A stretch of 45,090 nucleotides of DNA, the filler included, from Jimgerdemannia flammicorona (Eukaryota): assembly GCA_003990765.1 (NCBI GenBank). It is 2 parts of 2 records of this genome, joined end to end, with 100 filler letters (N's around TTAATTAATTAA, not from the genome) between each part and the next. Parts side by side here need not be neighbours in the genome. Positions count along the whole stretch, not along the records: positions 1 to 22,496 come from RBNJ01001264.1; 1 more part is not named here. One strand, given 5' to 3'. The translations under genes were made by a program, and so were the position numbers. The notes beneath the pieces were generated by a model, which was given only the letters and a program-made list of their open reading frames with translations, was not told the DNA's origin and did not search any database. Of this stretch, positions 1 through 11,534 are shown piece by piece. Position 1 is the stretch's first letter, and the number at the start of each line of letters is the position of its first letter.

Positions 1-805
1 ATTCTGAGAACAAGATAACCTAGAGCAACGGATTGCTCGGAAGTTTGAGTTAAAGAATTTTCTCTTGCCACGGAAAGAAAGAAAACGTTCAAGACCCGCC
101 GCTAAGGAAAGCCGCACTAGACTGCCAATTTTGCCGCCACGAAAAGTATTCAAGACCAGACTGCCATTCGAGACCCAAGTTACCCAGCCAAGGATTCAAG
201 ACCACGGACCGCCCGAATTTCAAGTTTTGCCGCCACGAAAAGGATTCAAGACCAGACCGCCGTGCATTCAGACCGCCATTCGGACCGCGCATTCGAGATT
301 CAAGACCCAGAAACCCAAGGATACCCAGCCAAAGAATACAAGACACCCACCAAGATACTCGAACGACCGCCAAAGACTCAAGTTATCCCGCCCTCTCAAG
401 CTAAACAAGATGGACGAGCGAGCTGTCGACCGTTTTTCCGACCTACTGCGCCACGAACTGCTTAAAGACCATCGCCTGCTTTAATTGACCGCATAAAAGA
501 GCAAGCCCGTCGTCGCCACATAAATTCAAGTTTGCCGTCAAGTTAATCACCGCCAGGAAACTTAGCCAGCATAATCGCCGCCCTTATCTACTAAACAATC
601 GAGCCACCATCGACATCCTGAGCCATCGTTGAAAGATCTCCCGCTATTATCAGTTATCGCACGAATCGAACAAGCCGATCACGTGACCAACAACCCGTAA
701 CCGTCGCGAACGTCACCAATGCACTCAGTTATACATCGCGCACTTCACCAAGTAGCATACATTGAGCCATGAAGTCGAAGTTCATCATACATAACCAACG
801 TCACA
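1..805. mobile_element. Probable end of a young, CpG-intact LTR or repeat element (cut by window start)
   Basis: Internal imperfect repeats (TTTTGCCGCCACGAAAAG.ATTCAAGACCAGAC.GCC at ~130 and ~224; many ATTCAAGACC). Ends in ...CGTCACA at 805 (TGTGACG on minus, LTR-like terminus) against a (TA)n(GA)n tract. No recognisable protein in the ORFs. Confidence 0.4.
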
Positions 806-899
806 ATATATATAGAGAGAGAGAGAGATATATATATTATTTTTATATAAGTCTTTTCTATTTGCCAAACAGAATACTAGCTAAAAATTCCACCCTTGC

Positions 900-1800
900 T
901 TTTTTATCAGCTTGCTTACCTTCTTCTTCTAGTCTTATAGCTATAAGATTGTCTGAACTAAGGTTATCTATAGTGGGTAAATACCATCTATTAGATAGTA
1001 TTTTATATTATATTTCTGATTATTGATAGTGAATTTTATAGCAGAAGTTTATCTATTGCTCAAGTTAGCAAAAAGATATGAATAATCTAGGATATTGATA
1101 TCATTATATAATCTGAGTATTCCAAAGAATACATGCTAGATCCAGAGATCATATGAGACAATAGTATCTAAAACAAGTGTTGGCTCCTTCTCTTTTCCAG
1201 TATACTGTCTCACTCAAGCTGATGAATAATTCTTTTTAGTCTAATATATATAATCCAAAGAACTCAATATTTCTGAAAACTCTCTTACTTTACCTACTAT
1301 CAGAAGTCACTCAGTATTAGCAATAGTTGAGTTGTAAAGATACTCTTCTCTATAAATCTTATTTACTACTATACAAAAATATTTTAAGTACTTAAGGGCA
1401 GTACTTTTAGCAATTCAGATATATTCATCAATAGCATCTACAGACATACTATAAGCTAGCTGATGAATGACTGCTATTGTCTTCTGAATAGCTAAAAGGC
1501 CAGGCTTTCTAACTATATTAGGCTTTTAGATAAAGTAAGAGTTGTGAGCTTTAATAGTGATGAAAACTTTTATAAATAATAATTATTATATTTAAAACTA
1601 ATAGTAAAAGAGCTTATAACTATAGATAGGCTATAGTCTTTGATAATATAATCATGTCCAGCTTGTCTTTTATAGTTAATATTAGAGCTTCTATCTAAAC
1701 AAGAGTCTCTATAAGCAACTAGAGTACTTATACTTTCAGCAAAATTGATAAGAAACTGCTGTTATAAGAGCTATATATATTTCTCTTCATTTTCATCAAC
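900..1800 (-). pseudogene. PIF/Harbinger DDE transposase remnant, hypermutated
   Basis: Minus strand reads QLAYSMSVDAIDEYI*IAKSTAL...FSEILSSLDYIY*TKKNYSSA*VRQYTGKEKEPTLVLDTIVSYDLWI*HVFFGILRLYNDINILD...YYLIDGIYPL*. This matches Harbinger motifs (FPGMLGSLDCMHWxWKNCP, DLWIWHAFFG..GSxNDINVL, YYLADGIYP) after reversing G>A/C>T changes. Confidence 0.85.
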
Positions 1801-1984
1801 TAATAAGTTAATGAGGGTATTGATATTTATTTTAGTATTATGAATAGAGTAGGCAGTATAGATATATAACAGATATAGAGTAATTGCATAGTGTAGATAA
1901 CTGCTCTCTAGTAGTATAAATTAAATTTAGTATTGTGATTTCTAGTTATATTTAGCTAAAATTTAGCATGGTATAGTAGAGATA

Positions 1985-4583
1985 CTCATATTACTATTAC
2001 TTTATCAGAAACTTCTCTAAAATTACTAAGCCTCTCATAAACCTAATAAAGAAAATATTATACTCAGAACTTATATATTTTATATCTAAAGTTTCTTTTA
2101 TTAATAAGTATTCTAAGAACTTAAGAACTATCTGACTTATGTTTTAGTCTTACAAAATTCTTATTCAAATCTAAAATTCACAGTTACTACTAATATCTCT
2201 AATTTTGCTATTTAAGTAGTTCTATTATAAGATGATGAAAAAGAATACTGCTCTATTACCTTTGAGTTATAAACTTATCATTAATAAATAGAAGTAAGTT
2301 ATCTATAAGAAAGTAATTATACATATCTTAGACTACTGAAGATATTATCTAAAAGTGTTGAGTTTAATATTATTACTGACTATCAATCTCTCAAATATAT
2401 TAATACTCAATCTACTCTATTATATTAATAAGCCAAGTAGAGTCAAAAGTTTCAAACCTTCAATCTAATAATTATTTATAAGTCTGATAAGATACTTATA
2501 GTACTAGATATCTTATTAAGATATCAACTTTATTATAATAATATATATAAGTTACCTTAGTATTAAAATCTCTAGATCAAATCAAATAAGTCTATAAGAA
2601 AAATACTATTACTATTAGAGTTTTCTTAAATAAGTTTAAGGATATGTATATATATTATTAAAGATAATCTGATCTACTATTAAGATAAATTATATCTAGT
2701 AAGTAATATAGAACTCTCTTATAAGATATTGTAAGAATATTATAACTTCTTATTTACTATTTATTTTAAAATTGAGCAAATTATAAAAATCTCTAATAAT
2801 ACTACTACTGACTCAATATAATTAAGAAAATTATGAATTCTTTATATATTACTAGTTATGATCTATACTAGTATAATAAGTTTAATAATTAAATATTAGC
2901 TAGTTTCCTTTAGTCTTTATCAATTTCTATATAGACTTTATAATATAACTCTATTAAACTAAGTCTGATATTGATACTATAGTTATATTTATTAACTGTC
3001 TAATTAAGACTATAGTTGCTGAACTTACTACAACTAATATCACTACTCTTAAGATTGTAAGAATTATCTTTAAGTCAATTTTCTATTATTATAATCTACT
3101 ATAAATTATTATTAGTAACTGAGATCTCAAGTTTACTAATTATTTTTAGCAAGCTCTTTTCAAGACTCTTAGAATCCAAATTGCTATATCTACTGCCTTT
3201 TACTCTCAAACTGATAAACAAATTAAGTATATGAATAAAACTTTTAAACAGATACTCAGAAACTATATTTCTTATAAGTAAGATAATAAAAACTACTATT
3301 TGATCTATATATAATAATAGAGTCTAATCATCTACTAGTCTTTTTTATTTTTAACTACTTTATAGTTAAGACTCTAAAATCTTTATAAGTCTAATCTCCT
3401 TTTAAAAAAATAGTTAAACATAAGTCTCTACTATAGAATCTCATTGATAAGATAGATAAACTACTCAGAAAACTCGATAATATCAAGCTAAATATGCTGA
3501 AAAGAAATACTATAATATTATTTATACTATTAGTAATTAAGTTCTTTTATTTACTGAGAACTTTAAGATATAATCTCAAGTTAACTACTTATCAAATAAT
3601 TTCTAACTCAAGTTTATTAAATTCTTTAAAATTATAAACAAGTTTTTATATTCTCCTACTATCTCAAGCTATTTGAAACTATATAAGTATATCTAATCTT
3701 TTATATATCTCATCTTAAGATCTGAAACTAGTCTCTACTTTACTTTAGTTAAATTTTCAAGCTATCTATTACTATAATTATTAAAGACTATATTGAGTAT
3801 AAGGTTGAGAAAATTCTTTATCTAATTAAATAGAAGATCTATTCTAAATATAATACTATCTGGAAAATACTAGTTAATCTTAAGAATATATAAGATCTCA
3901 TTTAAAACTTTAAAGTAAAATACATATTTCTGCTTCTACTTACTAGCTTAATGTACTTTTATATATATTACTACTAATAAGTTTACTCAGAATAGTAAGA
4001 GTCTTCTTCTATATAGTTCAAACTACTAACTACTAAATCTTTAGTTTTTATCTTATATAAAGTTAGTCAACTCTTTATAGTAGTATCTTCAAGTTTGAGA
4101 AATTTTGATTAAGTATAGTTATTTTTATATAATCTTAAAAATTTAATAAGAATATTAATTCTTAAGAAGAGAAAAATATAACAATTTCTTAGTTATAATA
4201 TATTTACATCATTTCTCTGGTTTTTTTTTATCTTTTCTTAAATATTTCACATTTTTCAAATACTTAAAAATTCTCTCTTAGTATTAAAACTTTACTAAAA
4301 CATTCTTATCTTTTCTCAATACTAAGTATTTTATCTTAGCTAGTTATAAAACCTTTTAAAATATTGTATTAAAAACTACTTTTTTGATCTTTCTTTTTAT
4401 TTCTAAGATTTTTTTAGATCTTTCTTTTTATTTCTAAGATTTTTTTAGATCTTTCTTTTAGATCTTATATAAATATTCTCTTTCTCTATTTGAATAAAGC
4501 TTAGAATATTTTTTTTAAAATTACTTAAATCTAGAATTATCTAAATTTAACTACTTCCTCTTAAAAAAACTAGAATTATTATA
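1985..4583 (+). mobile_element. Heavily degraded 3' half of a chromovirus-type Ty3/Gypsy element (RNase H-integrase-chromodomain, PPT, 3' LTR 4177-4583)
   Basis: Collinear by eye with 28300-31048 (e.g. 3181 TTGCTATATCTACTGCCTTTTACTCTCAAACTGAT vs ~29515 TTGCTATATCTACTGCCTTCTATCCTCAAACTGAT). Purine tract before TATAAC at 4177; LTR end ...AACTAGAATTATTATA at 4583 matches ...AACTAGAACTATTACA. Confidence 0.85.
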
Positions 4584-4936
4584 AAAACTAAAAATTTAAG
4601 ATAAAGAAATCTGCTATACTTTCTAAGTTAAATATATCTACTATATTATAATAATAATAATTTATAAATATTAATATAATATTAATATCTATATTAGTTT
4701 CAAAAATATATTAATTTTAAAAAATAAACTTTAATACAAAAGCTGATATACTTGAGCAAACAGCACTAACTGACAATGATAATTTGATATATCATCTAAT
4801 AAAGTACCTACAATGTAACACTTTTGATCTTTGATCATTATGTTTCTATTTCTGAACTATTCTCCATCTCTACTGTTCCCGAAATCTTACTCATCTCAAT
4901 ACGGCCTGCAGTCCAACTTTCCTTTGATATTTGATA

Positions 4937-5492
4937 TCACTGGTTAAGACAAACATACATTCAATTATATGGCAGATTGATGTTGTAAAGAGATAGACAT
5001 GCACACTTGGTGCAGCACAATGCCAGCATTCACACAACACAACACACTCCTTTCGGCGCGCTTGAGTCTTACCTCTTTTTTCATGTCCCTGGGCCTCCAC
5101 ACCCTAAAAATCGACACAGTTTCCTTCCAGAACCCGTCCTCGCGTGCCAAGTCCCCGGGCGGTACGGCCTCGTGCTCGAACCCGATGCGGTTCAACTCGG
5201 CGAAGAGGCGCGCGTCGACACGTGTCGAGCGCGTCTGGTGAGCAAGGAGGATCTGCGTCGCGGACGTACGGGCGAGGGCTGGCGGGAGGGGGGAGAAGGC
5301 GCGTTTGTGAAAATTTTCAAGAATGGTAGGCGGAACAGATGCCACGATAGATGTTCAGAATTAGTTTCCGAACCTGACAGGGTGGCCACGAGGGGCTCGA
5401 TGAGGTATTCGACCCACACGACGTCCGCACAGAGGATGAGGTCGAAGAGTTCCTCAGTGGGAGGGAGGATCGTGAGGAGGTACTGGTCTCTG

Positions 5493-5523
<31 letters not shown>

Positions 5524-6358
5524 CCACATAGCGCACAGGTCGAGTGAGTTAAATATAAATATCGCTATACAGGAAAAATCGTCTAGAACGCAAAATACGT
5601 ACCTTTCAATCCAATCCAATGCCTCCACCCTCTCTACCGCCCCTACTTCAGGCCCTCTCAACTGCGCGTCGAGCCCATTCAGCGCGACGATACGGCGTAT
5701 CAACGGGACGACGCCCGGCGCGTCTGTGAGCGTCACGCGAGCTCCCAGAATGGCAGCAGAGAGACCCGGGAGGGATTTGCCGGCGCCCTAGTCGTGGGAG
5801 GTTACTGAAGCTTGACTTATGTTTGATTAGGTAAAATAGGAAGTATGGGAAAGATGAATGCTCACGAGCTCGATGATGCGGCGGCCACGAAGTAATAGTG
5901 TGGTGGCTTGTTTCTCGAGGTATTTCGATAGGATGATTCCCTGGGATTTATGCATCGTGGCAGTCATGAGTGTTGATGAAAAGCCCACCCAAGAAAGCCA
6001 ATAAATGGAGTTTGAGACTCACGCAATCCCAAATAGATTCAGCCGTCCGCACCGTATGCTCCTCGTCCTTAAGCTCCCATTTCGCACCATCCTCTCCGTT
6101 ATCCACAAGATACACCGGTCTCCCATCAATTTCAAATGACACACCACCCGCCGCCGATGCAGCACCCTTGCGCCTCGCAAAATCGAACGCTGGGAACCGC
6201 GCGCCCTCGATGAGCAGGATGGGCCGCTCTGGCTCCACGTCTTGCTGCTGCAGCCGCTGCTGTCGGTGGAGCAGGATGCGAGCTTCGGGCGAGGCAATGG
6301 AGACAGTGGACATGGCGAAAACGAGCAGGAGGAAGACGAGTCGGAGACCCAGGAGCAT
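4937..6358 (-). CDS. METTL21-family (Methyltransf_16) SAM-dependent protein-lysine methyltransferase, ~306 aa, spliced
   Basis: GT-AG exons 6358-6023, 5940-5866, 5787-5603, 5489-5374, 5278-5073 and TGA at 4939-4937 join in frame (918 nt). Motifs: IWDCGIILSKYL, IIELGAGKSLPGL (motif I), VTLTD, LDW, FDLILCADVVW (DxxY-like). Confidence 0.88.
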
Positions 6359-6605
6359 AATAATGGGTTTGATTGAGAGGCGCGAGCTGTCGATTGTATT
6401 CGGCGGTGGCTTAGACGCGTCTACAAAGAAATTTGATTGCCCAGGTCCTTTCTCCGCTACCATATCAGCCACAAGGTTTTGGTAGACAACCTTTCAAGTT
6501 CTTTTTTTACAACTTACTCCCCCTCTACCTTGGGTTGGTTTACTGTACCTGTTGCAGGGCAGTGGAAGGAAGATAATGGTGAGTTATCTCTTTATTAATG
6601 TCAGA

Positions 6606-6830
6606 TAGTACTCTGATCAAGTCAGGGAAATTCGAATTTGCCAACCACATGATTGATTCGGGTCAGTTCGAATTTGTTACATGACGGGTTCAGGTCGATT
6701 TGAACCCAAATTGAACCAGCTTAAATTCACCTCAGGAGCTGGAATCCTAGTAAATTCTTCAGATGACAAACCAAACTGAATTAGGAGTCAACTAGTACAA
6801 ATTAACAAATCCACCAAAAAGGACCTGAAA
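6606..6830 (+). mobile_element. DNA-transposon left end (TIR plus subterminal TTCGAA/TTTGAA repeats), hAT-like
   Basis: TAGTACTCTGATCAAGTCAG at 6606 is an imperfect inverse of the end at 17741 (rc TAGTACTCCAAATAAGTCAG). Both ends are followed internally by clustered TTCGAA-type motifs. Marks the switch from genic to mutated DNA. Confidence 0.6.
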
Positions 6831-7344
6831 AAAGGATACTATATTTGCCAAACTTCTACCAAATATTCAAAAACTAAGATATAACATAAAAATCAGTTAC
6901 CAAATATACAAAATATCTACAGATTTTTTTGCTCTCCTAAGTTTCCAAAAAATTTATTATAGTGACACATAGCTTCTAAGGTTCTGTGACAAATATTTAG
7001 AAATAAACTGTTCAAAATTTTCCCATCTCTAATAACTATTGAACTATATAATTGATTTGAGTAAAACACTATTATCATATTAGACTCCAGCAGAACTCGA
7101 ATACTATAAGCCAAATTATAAAATAAGTCCATAGATTTTAAGATATACTGTCCTTTATATTTGATAATATAGAGTAAAATAGATAAAAAATATATTATTG
7201 ATTTTTGCTACATTTTGCTCAAACTGAAATCCTTCAAGTCTAAAATGTATCCTAGATTGACCTAAATTCATCTGACCTCCATCTATTCTAGATAATTTCA
7301 AAGCTGATAAAGATACTAGTACCAAAGTTGAAAACTCTAATATT

Positions 7345-7490
7345 GAAGTTGAGGATATCAAGAATGCTAAGAATGCTGAAGTTGGGAATACTGTGGATGC
7401 TGGAGATATCAAGAATACCAGGAATACCAGAGATACTGGGAATGCTGAGAATACCAAGGATGCTGAGAATACTGAGAATATTGAGATATC
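7345..7490. repeat. Degenerate 9-bp tandem repeat (GAGAATACT/GGGAATGCT)
   Basis: Direct reading; on minus it encodes PGI/PSI-like triplets at the end of a decayed reading frame. Confidence 0.6.
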
Positions 7491-8310
7491 CTTTGAAATT
7501 TCCTTGAGAGATAAATAATAAAGAGTATTGAATTAGTCAAAAATTAGATAAAGTAGGGGAATTTGTTACTATATCTAGCAAGAAGTATTGAAAAAAAGTA
7601 AAGCTATCTCTATAATAGTTATTTTATATTCCTCTTATTTATCTTATCTAATTTTTGGTTTAAAATTATTAAAAAGTATAATATAATAATATATCTCTTC
7701 AGTATAGGTCAAAGTATAGTTAGCTGATATATAAGATCTAGTTCTAGCTCAAGCTTTGCCATATAATCCAGCTTTCTGAACTTTAAATATCTTCTTATAA
7801 ATATCCATTAAAATCTGGCTTACTTGATTTTCTAATATTCTCCTCCAAATAGCAAGAACAACTTCCTCTATATTAGTATCTAAGATAATATAATTGTAGT
7901 ATAAATTTAGAATACCAGCTGGCAAAATGAAGAACTCTAAAAATATTACATTTTGAAACTGATTTTGGTGACCTTTTTCAGAAGACTTGACAGAATATTA
8001 TTATCCTATTTCTTCCAAATTTTATATATAAAGTATTATTATCTGGTCTTCTAGAAGATCAAGCCAGTATTTTGAAATTCTGTAGACTTGGGATATAGAA
8101 CTGAGTCTGAATAAATTTGGTCTTGAGATTTTGTTGATCTACCTAATATTATTGTTATTGGTCTAAAAAATCTACTAACTATACTTTATATTAATCCTTC
8201 TTCACTTTCTAAAAATTAAAATAAAAAGCAAAATAATCTTATAAATAATCCAGATTGAATAAGCACCTCCACACCTCCTTTTCTCAAAAAAAAAAAAAAA
8301 AAAAAAAAAA

Positions 8311-8342
<32 letters not shown>

Positions 8343-8355
8343 CCCCACCCCCCCT

Positions 8356-8392
<37 letters not shown>

Positions 8393-9399
8393 TAGTAATT
8401 TTGGGAATTTCCAGAAACTTACTTGAATAGTAGAAAGATATTGAAAAATTCAATCATATATTTTCTGACCCATCAGAGGAGGGCTCTTAGGAAAATGAAA
8501 ATACTATAGCTCAGATAATCTCTCACAGTAGGGGCTTCTAAATATCTCCTAAAGTATATCAATTTCTTACTATATATTGATCATATAAGCTAGTGAGCCC
8601 AAAAACTTTTCCAAAATATCACATTTCAGAGGATTTCCAAAATCTAATCCTAGACTAACTCTATCAGATAGAAGAGTTAAGAGAATTGCCAAAGTAGTCT
8701 CTAACTCTTATCTTAAAGCAGTTAGCAATTTACTTAAGTTGAAATTAGTAGAGATAAAATCAGCTTCTATTTCACAATAATGCATTAAAAGAACCTAACA
8801 ATAGTGAGTGTAAAGAGAGGGATTGTTAGAACAGAAAAAAAAAATACAACTAATAAGAGATACTGAGAGATATAGAAGGATACTAGAGAATATTAGAGAT
8901 TAGCTATAAGAGATACTTTACTAAAGAGAGAGGATATCATTAGCACAGATTGGGAGTCACTCTTTCAACCAGTCTTCAGTTATCCTCATGATATTCTTGC
9001 CATAGTGAGACAGACAAGCCCAGTTACCAGAAGTCTTTCTCTTGAGAGTGAATACTGGAGGTCAGCTAGAAGAGGTCTTCTATCAAAGCAAGAGTATGTA
9101 GTCAGTGCAAATTAGGAGACACTCTTCTTATTGGTCTCCTTGAGATGCTGAAGACTAGCCATGAGAAGTCCTCCTCTAGAGAGAGAGTATATAATCAGTA
9201 TAAATCAAGAGATACTCCTATAAATAGCCTTCTGGATGAAGCATTGAAGACAAACCACATATAAGAGAGTTACTTATTAAGATAACCATTATATAGTTCT
9301 GGAAGAGTTTTCTAGAAGTTTTGAATATTCTGGAAAACTGTTTTCTTTAAGGTTAAGATCAATTTCATATAGAGTATGTTCTCTATACTTATTGATTTT

Positions 9400-10780
9400 A
9401 AGATTGGGTTGATGTCTCAACCAAAGTTCTTTTTTTAAATTAGTTCTAGATGTTTAGTATTTTCAATATTTAGAAGTAGAACCTAATAGAGTATAGATTT
9501 ACTTAAGAGTAGTTTGTGGATTATTAAATAAGTTTATTTACTATTCATGATATTGCTATACTAGGAGTAGTTGTGTGAAGAAATATTGTGGAAAAGTGTT
9601 CAGGAGTTGTTCTTATCTATTTGAGTCTGAGATTCTGAGGTCTGAGGGAGGGGGTATTTATACTAATGGGAGGCTATCTGGACTAGACTAAATATGGATG
9701 TAGTACTTAGTATCTTACTGAGTCAGAATATAGTCATATAGTATAAGTATGAAGTGATATATCAAGAGATTATCTGACTGCTGAGTCAGTTTACAGTTAT
9801 ATTATATGAGACTAATCTAACTATACTAATGACTACTAAGCTATCTATAGATTTAGATACTATCTGGATAGTCTTTGATGATATCACTATCAATGATATC
9901 ATCTCTAATAAAGTACTCATCTAGGAAAAGTGGTTCTTGGATTACTTCTCTCTATTTGCTCAGGTAATAATATATTGAGATCTTATTACTATTCTATAAG
10001 ATAGTATCATCTGTCTCATATACTAGATATGGAGTTGATGGATAAAAGAGAGATACATTATCTTCACTTTTATTAGATTCACTGTCTGCATACCTTCTAT
10101 AGGTTACAGTACTATATATTGCTGGGTTATAGTAAGCTAGTAGCTATAGTTTATATCACTTATACTTAAGTGGTGAAGTTATTGATTCAATCTCAAAGGT
10201 TGTCTAAAGGTACAGGTTATGTTCTCTAGTCTCTTTGTTGTAGTTGAAGTAATCAAGAGTAAATATAGGTTAGTACACATACCAGTAGTCATTATCTCAA
10301 TAGGTCTTATAGATAGTTATATAAGTCTATTAATAAGGTTAGCAGAGTGATCAAGACTAGTAGGGATCCTTGACTTGAGGTCATATCAGTATTGAAGGGA
10401 TTATTATCTTCTACTTCATCATTATTAAACTAAATTATATTATAGATATCTTTCATGGTATATCCAACTTAGAGTATTTGCAAGATATAGTCATTGAGAT
10501 ATAGAAAGGTTCTGTCTGTGGTTTGAATATACTTGATATATTTATGGTTGAGTTTTTGTATCATATTGTTGATTTGGTCATAGGATAGAGTTGCAACCAT
10601 TTCAGTAGTAGTAACTTAGAGATGGAAAATAAAGGAGCTATACTCATAAAAGAGTTCTCAGTATTTGTATGTGATGAGTTTTTGATATTGAGACATCTGG
10701 ATAATGTTTATATCATGATAGTATTCAACTATATCTTCTAGGAGATGATTGATCTAATAGTAGCTTGAGATTTATCTAAT
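9400..10780 (-). mobile_element. Degraded long LTR of a third Gypsy family with a remnant U3 ORF
   Basis: Same TATA context as 15996-16010 (plus strand GGGGTATTTATAC at 9651-9663). Upstream minus frame INHLLED...QMSQYQKLITYKY*ELFYEYSSFIFHL*VTTTEMVATLSYDQINNM...FNNDEVED, later DDIIDSDII, parallels the LTR ORF at 20208-21011. Boundaries approximate. Confidence 0.55.
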
Positions 10781-11534
10781 TCAGTGGACCTCACTAAGTA
10801 TATTCAGAGTATTCTATTAGGCTTCTATGAAGTAGAGGAGTATCAGGCTATAGATATTCATAAGAGGACCTCCACATCTTTTAGACTCTTCAAAAACTTC
10901 ACTGATATGGCTCCAGCCACCTACTTAGTGATTAGCCCCAGTACCATTTTCACCATCACTGCTAAGCCCTGGAAGCACAGTGTAACCATAAATGCTGAGA
11001 TCAATTTCTTGAGTAACAGGGTCACCGCCAGGCCCATCATACCATCCACCAAATTCTCTTGTCTTTCAAGCCTCAGCTGCTCAGCCTCACCAACAGCCAT
11101 CACATCTGGATTTTTTTCCAGATTAGCAGTCCCATTGCTATCAGCAGTTACACTCCCCCTAGCTGCTACTCCCCCAGCTCCACTGCCCCCCCTTCTAAGG
11201 GCTACTCCTCCATGTGCCTCCACCTTCTTGGTCTCCTTGCCCCTCCTCAGCCAGCCCTTCAGCCCTGATGCCTGCTGCCTCCTCTTCACCATCTCTACAA
11301 AGCTCGCTCTCCCAGACCCTTGTCCACCACCAATACTGCCACTTCTTCTGTGTCCTCCTGCCAGCAGCCCTCTCATACCCCCCCCCAGGCCTGGGCCCCT
11401 CCCCACCTACTGCCATTCAAAAGTGCTTGGGCCACCCTACCCAGTATGCACCTCAGATTACCTGTCAGTCACCATGTTATTAGTCTCTTTTCTCCAAAAA
11501 CAATGTTGTAAGTGCCTTCCAAAGGTCATGTAAC
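10781..11534 (-). mobile_element. Probable LINE 5'/ORF1 fragment
   Basis: G-rich, essentially CpG-free, composition like the LINE pieces at 22607 and 32780. Gly-rich frame with RASFVEMVK (SYA-type motif common in LINE ORF1). It truncates the flanking Gypsy integrase. Confidence 0.4.

Noticed and set aside
8286..8390. Three long poly(A) tracts around a C-run
   Set aside because: Could be retroposon tails or assembly error; no TSD or element body identifiable.
8935..9340. Possible further plus-strand LTR after purine tract AAAGAGAGAGGA/TATCAT
   Set aside because: No partner LTR, TSD or clear coding motif in the window.
10784..11533. 249-aa plus-strand ORF and many similar antisense ORFs over repeats and GC-rich genes
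   Set aside because: Shadow frames of opposite-strand coding or GC-rich sequence with no motifs.
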